Both the position numbers and the translations under genes were made by a program. A stretch of 64,000 nt of DNA from Picochlorum sp. SENEW3 (lineage: Eukaryota): positions 1 through 64,000 of the forward strand of contig CP120454.1 in NCBI GenBank assembly GCA_034226945.1, read 5' to 3'. Shown in pieces: positions 1 through 11,642 of the stretch. Position 1 is the stretch's first letter. Each line of letters opens with the position of its first letter. A model generated the notes under the pieces. That model did not search any database. It saw nothing but the letters and a program-made list of their open reading frames with translations, and was not told the DNA's origin.

Positions 1-22
1 CTTCGTTCAGTTACGTATTGCT
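1..22 (+). other. Oxford Nanopore ligation adapter remnant (technical artefact)
   Basis: CTTCGTTCAGTTACGTATTGCT is the 3' part of the ONT ligation adapter top strand AATGTACTTCGTTCAGTTACGTATTGCT. Confidence 0.95.
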
Positions 23-109
23 CCCTATACCCTATACCCCGTGCATACTGTCGTTCTTGGCAGGAGGGTAATGAGGGTAAATAAGCCAATATCAACCACA
101 CGTCCACAC

Positions 110-1620
110 TGCCACGCGACAAATAAACACAATTTCCTAATAATACAAAAAATAAACCATCATAAAAACAAAAAACATCACAAAAATCCAAAATAAATCC
201 AAAAAAAACAACCCCAACAAGACCAAAATACCCTAACCAAAAAAAACACACACCAACCAAAACAACAATATAGACAACATATGAAAGAAGAAGAATTATA
301 ATAAGAAGCACCCTTATATATACAGCAACAAACACTAAAAAAACACGGCACACAACAAGATCTGCTCCTCCTACTACACCAAAAGAAACAGCAGACCAAC
401 AAAGACGACGCAAAGCAATCGAAAGAAAATAGCTCATAATACTCCTCATTGATAATGATAATGATAAGAACATACACAACAACAATCGACACGACCAAGC
501 AACCAACAATAACAGGAACAGGACACAACAGAACCAAACACACAACAAGAGAAGAGAACAACCTGGAGAGAGAGAGGATACACTCACAGACAACATCTGA
601 GAGATTGAGAGAGAGAGGTGTAATAGTAATAGTAGTAGTAGTATAATATATGAAAATAAATAAATAAATAAATAAATAAAAGACATGAAATGAAATGAGA
701 AAGAACGAAAAAAGTATTGTCTTTGTTTCACAACAATAACAACAAGCACTACTAGAGTAACCAACCTCACACCAATGGTTTTGGAGTTTTTCAGTATCTT
801 ATCATGCAAGGCACGCGTACGTACTTATGTACTTGAACGTCGACTTCTATCTGTGAATGACAGGAAATCACGACATCCCCGGTCAGACGTCCCTTAATAC
901 AATAAATCAACAACCATCCAGCATGCACCACCACTACTACTACTACTAAACAACACACAAACAAAGAAGCAAAGCAATCAAAAGAGAAGCAAGTAAATAT
1001 CTCATAATAGTAGTAGTAGTAATGATAATAACATGCACAACAATCCACACGAGCAATAATACCAACCAATAATAACAGAGCAGAACAGAACAAAGCACAC
1101 AAGTCTCATGCTCACAAGAAGAAGAACAACCTGGAGCGACCCTACACAGACAACATGTGAGATTCTCTAGAGAAAGAGTTATAATAATACCTGTGAAATG
1201 AATAAATAAGGAAAAGACATCATGAAACAAGAATGAAATGGAAACAAATCGTCGTCTTCACAACAACAACAACAAGCAAGCTGTGGCAAGCACTAGAGTA
1301 ATGTTGCTTGAATGCTGGAGGAAAGTATGACATTGTCTTACGTAGACTTCATGAGGAGTTGCAATTAGAATAGTAGTAGTAGTAGGATACAACTGTGACG
1401 CTTCTTTGAATGAGGGAGATCTCGTCGTGTTTATTTTGCTGCCAAGAAAGCAGGCTAGTCACAGCTCTCCTCCTCGACAGTGTGTGTGCTCCACATATCC
1501 AGGCTCCCATCAAAATATGTCTTCGATGGAGAGAGCTGTGAATACCAAGAAAAATCACCACATATCCTCGGTCAAACCTCTTGTGTGATGGGAAGGATGA
1601 AAAACATGCCACCAAAAAGC
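110..1620. repeat. A/C-rich low-complexity repeat modules (two degenerate copies) plus conserved cassette core
   Basis: AAC/ACA/TAG microsatellite-rich. Motifs AAGAAGCAAAGCAATC, CACAACAACAACAACAAG, AGACTTCATGAG, AGATCTCGTCGTGTTT and TGTGTGCTCC recur at ~4700-5370, ~8600-9290 and (partly) ~11270-11625. Confidence 0.85.
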
Positions 1621-2329
1621 ATGACGAGTTCCCTCACGAGGAGGCCGCCCACGCAAGCAGCAACTTTGTGTCGGCCCAGATTTTCTCACTCTCTTGCTTC
1701 TTCAGCACACCAAGGGGCGGTCGGATCCGCTGTCCAGGGCCTTGGCGTGCAGAAAACACGGCTCAAAAAAAAAAAGAGTGTGCCCGAGCGGTCTCATGGT
1801 CGTCCTTTTTTATTGTCCTCATTGACGGACGACCACCACGTCCGAGGAGACCGGGGTTCAACTTGGTTCAACTTGGTCCAACTTTTTTATTGTGTTTGTT
1901 TACGGACATTCGCCAGAGCACGACCAGAGACCAGACTCTACGGGTCGCATGCCAACGGTCTGGGGCTTTGTCGGACCGAAGGGTTCAGAGAACGAACAAA
2001 GAAGCATGTGGAGTTGTCCTCACAATACTTCTTGTATCCAAGAAGGAAAAGCCGTGTGTAAGAACCAGCCCGAATACGTCAGTATAAGGTGTCCCTTCCT
2101 TATGATTGTTGTGCATACGCAACATATTGCGGGTAATCTCTCGACTGTTCCAGACCAAGTTGACACCGCCTTCCACAGAGCCATGGCATCGCGTTGGCCC
2201 AGGGGGTGCCACGCACTGCCAAACAAACGGTGCCTCACAGTGGGGTTCATTAATATTGAATGGAATGGATAATTAAAACAGTATTCAGGAGTCCCTCCGT
2301 CGTCAACGCGTCGGTTTCCACGCCAACCG

Positions 2330-2870
2330 GCGTTTGTCGATTCCATTCGCGTCGCGACGGTTGGGACCAGCACAGGCCTGGAGTCGTCCTTCAAGGACAT
2401 GAAGGAGCGTCATTCTTACTTCAAAATTATATATCAGTCGATAGAGCCGACGACTGACCACCACGGAGCACAACAGGGTTCCGACAACAACCGTTCCACG
2501 GGAATGTCATGACAACACTCGCAACGGTGCCAACAAGCCACGACCTCCTTCTCCCCACCCAGGTTTTCCACCCTCTAGTATCTTATATATCTTTCAAGAA
2601 ACTCCTGCGCGCTCTCCAATCAAACTCATACGGGTTGCTTTGCCCAGAGCTTGTTGTGAACATTGGTGGTGAATGCGACGCGAACTACTCCTCCGAATGA
2701 CGGCAAACGAAAGTGCGGAAAGCTCTTCACATTGCTAGTTCTTCTCATCAAGTCCATATGAAATGCCTAAAATCGGCAAGCCACGGGTGAAAGCTCTCAA
2801 CCTTCGTGTCTGAGGCAACTGCTTGTGCTTTGACTCTGGCCCATTGCAAAAACATGCGGTGACCAAGGTT
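2330..2870. repeat. Dispersed repeat block shared with 5770-6290 and 9690-10210
   Basis: Shared long words CGCGTCGCGACGGTTGGGAC, GACTGACCACCACGGAGCACAACAGGGTTCC, CACGGGAATGTCATGACAACACTCGCAACGG and GCCCATTGCAAAAACATGCGGTG. Confidence 0.9.
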
Positions 2871-3448
2871 GGTCATCGCCCCACAACTGCCCGATCTGGC
2901 AGTTCGCACGGTTTCTGTGGATACATGAAAGACTCAACAGCGCCACGGACCCGGCGAAACAGAGCTCAGTCGACCAGCAGCGCGTGATTCCTGACTCGAT
3001 TCGAACATGCGGTGACCAAGGTTGGTCATCGCCCCCCAAATGCCCGATCTGGCAGTTCGCACGGTTTCTGTGGATACATGAAAGACTCAACAGCGCCACG
3101 GACCCGGCGAAACAGAGCTCAGTCGACCAGCAGCGCGTGATTCGTGACTCAATTGGGACATGCGGTGACCAAGGTTGGTCATCGCCCCTCAAATGCCCGA
3201 TCTGGCAGTTCGCACGGTTTCTGTGGATACATGAAAGACTCAACAGCGCCACGGACCCGGCGAAACAGAGCTCAGTCGACCAGCAGCGCGTGATTCGTGA
3301 CTCAATTGGGACATGCGGTGACCAAGGTTGGTCATCGCCCCTCAAATGCCCGATCTGGCAGTTCGCACGGTTTCTGTGGATACATGAAAGACTCAACAGC
3401 GCCACGGACCCGGCGAAACAGAGCTCAGTCGACCAGCAGCGCGTGATT
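2853..3448. repeat. Tandem repeat, 153-bp unit (family A), ~3.9 copies
   Basis: CATGCGGTGACCAAGG starts at 2853, 3006, 3159 and 3312. Confidence 0.95.
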
Positions 3449-3591
3449 TCTAATCCCAATTATCCCTTATCCCTTTTTAGCCAGTCCTGGTGACCGGTCA
3501 GAGGGGTGCCTGGACCGGACGCATTAGTCGACTAATTTCTCGAGGGGAGCCACCGGGCAGAAACCCGGTAGAAGAGAATCTGATTTCAGGG

Positions 3592-4175
3592 ACATGTGCG
3601 AATTGAACACTTTGCGCAGAGCTACAGGCTCGCCATCGCGTGATAGACCCCATCCATCCCCTCCATAGGTATCGTACATGTCTCGAAATGCGGCGAGGAT
3701 GCCAAGAAGGACCTGACAACGCCTGGATGATACTCCCCCTTGAAACATGTGCGAATTGAACACTTTGTGCAGAGCTGCAGGCTCGCCATCACGTGATAGA
3801 CCCCATCCATCCCCTCCATAGGTATCGTACATGTCTCGAAATGCGGCGAGGATGCCAAGAAGGACCTGACAACGCCTGGATGATACTCCCCCTTGAAACA
3901 TGTGCGAATTGAACACTTTGCGCAGAGCTGCAGCCTCGCTATCCCGTGATAGACCCCATCCATCCCCTCCATGGGTATCTTGTATGTCTCGAAATGCGGC
4001 GAGGATGCCGAGGAGGACCTTACAGGACCTCACGGGCGCTGCAGGGCACTCGACTGTGGGACGTGTGCGACTGGAAAAAAACTTTGTGCAGAGCTGCAGC
4101 CTCGCCAGGGCGTGTTGCACCCCGTCCCGCCCCTCCACAGGGATCGCATATATCCCGAAATGCGGCGAGGATGGC
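3592..4175. repeat. Tandem repeat, 153-bp unit (family B), 3 copies plus a degenerate 4th
   Basis: CATGTGCGAATTGAACAC at 3593, 3746 and 3899; diverged copy from ~4062. Confidence 0.92.
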
Positions 4176-4390
4176 GGGGAGGCGAAAAAACGCCCGGCCA
4201 GGCGGCGTTGGGGGCCCCCGACCGCCGAAAATACCCTAAGGAGCTCGCGAGGGCCCATTGCCCTAATCGTCCGCCGCGTCCTCTGAAGTGGATCGAGAGG
4301 CCCGGTCGAAGGGCTGGTCGGACCGGAGAGGCGCGACCGCCTCGCCCAGGGCCCCGCGGCCCGCGTGCGAGATGCGACGGACCCACTCGG

Positions 4391-7300
4391 AATAATAATA
4401 CACACCCATCATTGAAAAAAACTCCCACAACCAGTGATGCAAAACATCAAACAGGTCTGCTGCCACATGTCTGAAGAAGAAGAGGGAGCATCTCGGAACA
4501 ACAAGAATGGCGATCTTCCCATCACCCCTTGACTTGACTGGGACCACCACCAAAAATATACCAACCAAGCCAATACACAAAATAAAAAGGGTGTTGTATA
4601 GTATAGTTTAAAAAAAAGCACTCATCAAAGTGTCGCACACCACGTGAAACAACTACTTCTCCTCTGACACCACAAGATCTGCTACTGCTACTACAATACA
4701 AGAGAACACACCAACAAAGAAGCAAAGCAATCAAAAGTAGAAGAAAGTAAATATCTCACAATAGTCGTCGTCGTAATAATGATAATAACATGCACAACAA
4801 CAATCGACACGAGCAATAATACCACCCAATAAGAACAGAACAGAACAAAGCACACAAGTCTATCCTGCACACAAGCAGAACCAGGAGCTACCCTACACAG
4901 ACAACATATGAGATAGAGAGAGGTATAATAGTAGTAGTATATATAAAAAGAATAAATAGAAGACATGAAACAAGAATAAAATGAAAAGAAATCGTCGTCT
5001 TCACAACAACAACAACAAGCAAGCTGAGACAAGCACCAGAGTAACATTGCAGCAGCTGCAATGCTGGAGCATCTCTCAATATCATCATCATGCGAGGCAC
5101 GCGTACTTACTTACTTACATAGACTTCATGAGTTGCAATTAGGATAGTAATAGTAGTATAGAACTGCGCAGTGTCTTTGAATGGGGAAGATCTCGTCGTG
5201 TTTTTACAGTACAGCAAAGAAAGACTGCTCATCAGCTCTCCTCCTGACTGCTGTGTGCTCCACATATCCAGGCGCTCCCATCAGAAGGGGTCTTCCATCG
5301 GACGAAGGAAACCAACATCGAAAAGAAACTACCACCACCGGTCAAAACTCCGTTGTGATGGGAGATGAAAAAAAGCACGCTGAGTGTGGCCGAGCGGTGA
5401 AAGCGTGTGGTTTTGATGGTCATCCTTTTTTATTGTCCTCATTTACGGACGCACACGCCTGAAAAAGAAAAGGAGGCCGACGCTGTCCATGCTATATGAA
5501 TGCACCATTTGGCACCTTCCATAGTTTCTTTGGATACATAGAAGACTTGGTAGTAGCACCGCAGATGTGACCCTAAACAGAAAACGCACTCAGCCACCTT
5601 CTTGCACACGACGCATCATGTGGCCTCGGCGATCCCACACCCTTGCCACCACTCACCTGCAGTGCATAGCAGTATTGGTTGTTGGTATTGGATGATCGGA
5701 CAAATATAACATTATTAAGGGCTATTTACATCGGCGCCGAGTCGAATGGACCTCACCAACCGACGTTGGTCCACTCCGATCGCGTCGCGACGGTTGGGAC
5801 GAACACGCCGAGAATCGTTCCTTTTTGGGCATAAGGGAGCGTCATTCTTACTTTAAAATTACATATCAGTCGAAAGAGCCGATGACTGACCACCACGGAG
5901 CACAACAGGGTTCCAACAACAACCGTTCCACGGGAATGTCATGACAACACTCGCAACGGTGCCAACAAGCCACGACCTCCTTCTCCCAGGTTTTCCACCC
6001 TCTAGTATCTTATATTGATATATCTTTCTCCCTCCATACATCAAAGTCACACGCGTTGCTTTGCCCTGAGATTGTTGCGAATTCTGTTGTGAACATTGGT
6101 GGTGAATGCGACGCGAAATACTCCTGACGCTGGTGAGCGGAGAAGCTCTTTACACTGCTAGTTCCTTCTCATCAAGTCGATATGAAATGCCTAAAGTCGG
6201 GAGACCACGGGTGAGAGCTTTCAACCTTCGAGTCTGAGGCAACTGCTTGTGCTTTGATTCCTGGCCCATTGCAAAAACATGCGGTGGCCAAGGTGCGTCC
6301 TCGCCATGTAAATGCGCCATCTGGCTCCTTGCATAGGTTTTTCGGATACATGCAAGGCTTACTAGCACCACGGACGCTACGATATAGTGCTCACGTGCCC
6401 ACAATCGTATCCCAAGCGTTGGGAAGTGACTCCCAAACACACCCCTTGCTATCTGGTCGGTCGTCGCGAGTATGGCAAATCCGGGAGAGGGCATTTGAGA
6501 TATTATATATACAAGCCTGCTGAATGCGACAGACCCAGAGGAAGATGTCTCACGCGACCAGAAAAGTGACCCCAAGGGCGTTGCACTGGACTTCCCAACC
6601 ACCCCTCGCTATCTGGTCGGTCGTCGCGAGTATGGCAAATCCGGGAGAGGGCATTTGAGATATTATATATACAAGCCTGCTGAATGCGACAGACCCAGAG
6701 GAAGATGTCTCATGCGGCCAGAAAAGTGACCCCAAGGGTGTTGCAGCTGCCTTCTCAACCACCCCTCGCTATCTGGTCGGTCGTCGCGAGTATGGCAAAT
6801 CTGGGAGAGGGCATTTGAGATATTATATATACAAGCCTGCTGAATGCGACAGACCCAGAGGAAGACCTCCCACGCGGCCAGAAAAGTGACCCCAAGGGTG
6901 TTACAGCTGCCTTCCCAACCACCCCTCGCTATCTGGTCGGTCGTCGCGAGTATGGCAAATCCGGGAGAGGGCATTTGAGATATTATATATACAAGCCTGC
7001 TGAATGCTACAGACCCAGAGGAAGACCTCCCACGCGGCCAGAAAAGTGACCCCAAGGGTGTTGCAGCTGCCTTCCCAACCACCCCTCGCTATCTGGTCGG
7101 TCGTCGCGAGTATGGCAAATCCGGGAGAGGGCATTTGAGATATTATATATACAAGCCTGCTGAATGCGACAGACCCAGAGGAAGACCTCCCACGCGGCCA
7201 GAAAAGTGACCCCAAGGGTGTTGCAGCTGCCTTCCCAACCACCCCTCGCTATCTGGTCGGTCGTCGCGAGTATGGCAAATCTGGGAGAGGGCATTTGAGA

Positions 7301-7887
7301 TATTATATATACAAGCCTGCGGAATGCGACAGACCCAGAGGAAGATGTCTCACGCGACCAGAAGAGTGACCCCAAGGGCGTTGCACTGGTCTTCTCAACC
7401 ACCCCTCGCTATCTGGTCGGTCGTCGCGAGTATGGCAAATCTGGGAGAGGGCATTTGAGATATTATATATACAAGCCTGCTGAATGCGACAGACCCAGAG
7501 GAAGATGTCTCACGCGACCAGAAGAGTGACCCCAAGGGCGTTGCACTGGTCTTCTCAACCACCCCTCGCTATCTGGTCGGTCATCGCGAGTATGGCAAAT
7601 CCGGGAGAGGGCATTTGAGATATTATATATACAAGCCTGCTGAATGCGACAGACCCAGAGGAAGATGTCTCACGCGACCAGAAAAGTGACCCCAAGGGCG
7701 TTGCACTGGTCTTCCCAACCACCCCTCGCTATCTGGTCGGTCGTCGCGAGTATGGCAAATCTGGGAGAGGGCATTTGAGATATTATATATACAAGCCTGA
7801 TGAATGCGACAGACCCCGAGGAAGATGTCTCATGCGGCCAGAAAAGTGACCCCAAGCCAAAAGTTTGAGGTTCTGAACACCCCTTTA
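4391..7887. repeat. Segmental duplication copy 1
   Basis: Near-identical to 8311-11167 at offset 3920/3919. Both copies end CCAAGCCAAAAGTTTGAGGTTCTGAACACCCCTTTAC. Confidence 0.95.
6441..7855. repeat. Tandem repeat, 160-bp unit, ~9 copies
   Basis: ACCCCT(C/T)GCTATCTGGTCGG at 6441, 6601, 6761, 6921, 7081, 7241, 7401, 7561 and 7721. Confidence 0.97.
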
Positions 7888-8310
7888 CACACCAACTAAA
7901 AAAACATCCAAAAACACCACCAAAACAACAAAAATATACAATACAATATCAAGAAGAAGAATAAGTAGTATAATAAGCGCCTACTACTATATATACAACG
8001 ACAACGACAACAACAAAAGACACGGCACACCACAAGCTCTGCTACTACTACTGCTCCTCCTCCTCCTCCTACTACTACTACAACAAGAGAAGACAACAAC
8101 AACAACAGCAACCAACACAAAAGAAGGAAGCAAAACCAAAATCAAAAGATGAAAATCTCATAATAATCATAATGACACAACAACAATCTATACTATGCTA
8201 TGCTATGCATGAATGAAAAGAATCTCTGTCCTTTTTCACAACAACAACAGCAACATCAACAGAAGGACACAATATTAAGTAAGTAAGTAAGTAAGAAGAA
8301 TACCAATAAT

Positions 8311-11167
8311 AATAATAATACACACCCATCATTGAAAAAAACTCCCACAACCAGTGATGCAAAACATCAAACAGGTCTGCTGCCACATGTCTGAAGAAGA
8401 AGAGGGAGCATCTCGGAACAACAAGAATGGCGATCTTCCCATCACCCCTTGACTTGACTGGGACCACCACCAAAAATATACCAACCAAGCCAATACACAA
8501 AATAAAAAGGGTGTTGTATAGTATAGTTTAAAAAAAAGCACTCATCAAAGTGTCGCACACCACGTGAAACAACTACTTCTCCTCTGACACCACAAGATCT
8601 GCTACTGCTACTACAATACAAGAGAACACACCAACAAAGAAGCAAAGCAATCAAAAGTAGAAGAAAGTAAATATCTCATAATAGTCGTCGTCGTAATAAT
8701 GATAATAACATGCACAACAACAATCGACACGAGCAATAATACCACCCAATAAGAACAGAACAGAACAAAGCACACAAGTCTATCCTGCACACAAGCAGAA
8801 CCAGGAGCTACCCTACACAGACAACATATGAGATAGAGAGAGGTATAATAGTAGTAGTATATATAAAAAGAATAAATAGAAGACATGAAACAAGAATAAA
8901 ATGAAAAGAAATCGTCGTCTTCACAACAACAACAACAAGCAAGCTGAGACAAGCACCAGAGTAACATTGCAGCAGCTGCAATGCTGGAGCATCTCTCAAT
9001 ATCATCATCATGCGAGGCACGCGTACTTACTTACTTACATAGACTTCATGAGTTGCAATTAGGATAGTAATAGTAGTATAGAACTGCGCAGTGTCTTTGA
9101 ATGGGGAAGATCTCGTCGTGTTTTTACAGTACAGCAAAGAAAGACTGCTCATCAGCTCTCCTCCTGACTGCTGTGTGCTCCACATATCCAGGCGCTCCCA
9201 TCAGAAGGGGTCTTCCATCGGACGAAGGAAACCAACATCGAAAAGAAACTACCACCACCGGTCAAAACTCCGTTGTGATGGGAGATGAAAAAAAGCACGC
9301 TGAGTGTGGCCGAGCGGTGAAAGCGTGTGGTTTTGATGGTCATCCTTTTTTATTGTCCTCATTTACGGACGCACACGCCTGAAAAAGAAAAGGAGGCCGA
9401 CGCTGTCCATGCTATATGAATGCACCATTTGGCACCTTCCATAGTTTCTTTGGATACATAGAAGACTTGGTAGTAGCACCGCAGATGTGACCCTAAACAG
9501 AAAACGCACTCAGCCACCTTCTTGCACACGACGCATCATGTGGCCTCGGCGATCCCACACCCTTGCCACCACTCACCTGCAGTGCATAGCAGTATTGGTT
9601 GTTGGTATTGGATGATCGGACAAATATAACATTATTAAGGGCTATTTACATCGGCGCCGAGTCGAATGGACCTCACCAACCGACGTTGGTCCACTCCGAT
9701 CGCGTCGCGACGGTTGGGACGAACACGCCGAGAATCGTTCCTTTTTGGGCATAAGGGAGCGTCATTCTTACTTTAAAATTACATATCAGTCGAAAGAGCC
9801 GATGACTGACCACCACGGAGCACAACAGGGTTCCAACAACAACCGTTCCACGGGAATGTCATGACAACACTCGCAACGGTGCCAACAAGCCACGACCTCC
9901 TTCTCCCAGGTTTTCCACCCTCTAGTATCTTATATTGATATATCTTTCTCCCTCCATACATCAAAGTCACACGCGTTGCTTTGCCCTGAGATTGTTGCGA
10001 ATTCTGTTGTGAACATTGGTGGTGAATGCGACGCGAAATACTCCTGACGCTGGTGAGCGGAGAGCTCTTTACACTGCTAGTTCCTTCTCATCAAGTCGAT
10101 ATGAAATGCCTAAAGTCGGGAGACCACGGGTGAGAGCTTTCAACCTTCGAGTCTGAGGCAACTGCTTGTGCTTTGATTCCTGGCCCATTGCAAAAACATG
10201 CGGTGGCCAAGGTGCGTCCTCGCCATGTAAATGCGCCATCTGGCTCCTTGCATAGGTTTTTCGGATACATGCAAGGCTTACTAGCACCACGGACGCTACG
10301 ATATAGTGCTCACGTGCCCACAATCGTATCCCAAGCGTTGGGAAGTGACTCCCAAACACACCCCTTGCTATCTGGTCGGTCGTCGCGAGTATGGCAAATC
10401 CGGGAGAGGGCATTTGAGATATTATATATACAAGCCTGCTGAATGCGACAGACCCAGAGGAAGATGTCTCACGCGACCAGAAAAGTGACCCCAAGGGCGT
10501 TGCACTGGACTTCCCAACCACCCCTCGCTATCTGGTCGGTCGTCGCGAGTATGGCAAATCCGGGAGAGGGCATTTGAGATATTATATATACAAGCCTGCT
10601 GAATGCGACAGACCCAGAGGAAGATGTCTCATGCGGCCAGAAAAGTGACCCCAAGGGTGTTGCAGCTGCCTTCTCAACCACCCCTCGCTATCTGGTCGGT
10701 CGTCGCGAGTATGGCAAATCCGGGAGAGGGCATTTGAGATATTATATATACAAGCCTGCTGAATGCGACAGACCCAGAGGAAGACCTCCCACGCGGCCAG
10801 AAAAGTGACCCCAAGGGTGTTGCAGCTGCCTTCCCAACCACCCCTCGCTATCTGGTCGGTCGTCGCGAGTATGGCAAATCTGGGAGAGGGCATTTGAGAT
10901 ATTATATATACAAGCCTGCGGAATGCGACAGACCCAGAGGAAGATGTCTCACGCGACCAGAAGAGTGACCCCAAGGGCGTTGCACTGGTCTTCTCAACCA
11001 CCCCTCGCTATCTGGTCGGTCGTCGCGAGTATGGCAAATCTGGGAGAGGGCATTTGAGATATTATATATACAAGCCTGCTGAATGCGACAGACCCAGCAA
11101 AACGCCTCTCACGCGACCAGGAGAGTGACCCCAAGCCAAAAGTTTGAGGTTCTGAACACCCCTTTAC
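8311..11167. repeat. Segmental duplication copy 2
   Basis: See copy 1; this copy has fewer 160-bp monomers. Confidence 0.95.
10360..11135. repeat. Tandem repeat, 160-bp unit, ~5 copies
   Basis: Same monomer at 10360, 10520, 10680, 10840 and 11000. Confidence 0.97.
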
Positions 11168-11642
11168 TCCACAAAGAACAACAGCGACAAGAAGACCAGA
11201 GAGAGGTATAATAAGAAGTATATGAAAAGAACAAATTTATAAGAGAAAGGAGAAAAAGAATGAAAGGAAATCGTCTTCTTCACAACAACAACAACAACAA
11301 GAACCAAGCTGTGGCAAGCACTAGAGTACCGTTGCAGCAGTTACAATGCTGAAGCAACTATCAGTATCATCATCATGCATGGAACGCTTACTTAATTACT
11401 TAGACTTCATGAGTTGCAATGAGGATAGGATAGTAGGATATAATTATATATATACAATTGCGACGCTTCTTTGGGGAAGATCTCGTCGTGTTTAAAGACT
11501 GTTCCACAGCTCTCTCTTCCTCCACCTGTGTGTGCTCCGTATCCAGGCTCCCATCAGAAGAGGTGTTTGATGGAGGAGAGAACTACACTGCCGGTCAAAC
11601 GTCCCTTGTGATGGGAGATGAAAAAAGCCACAAAAAGCAGGA

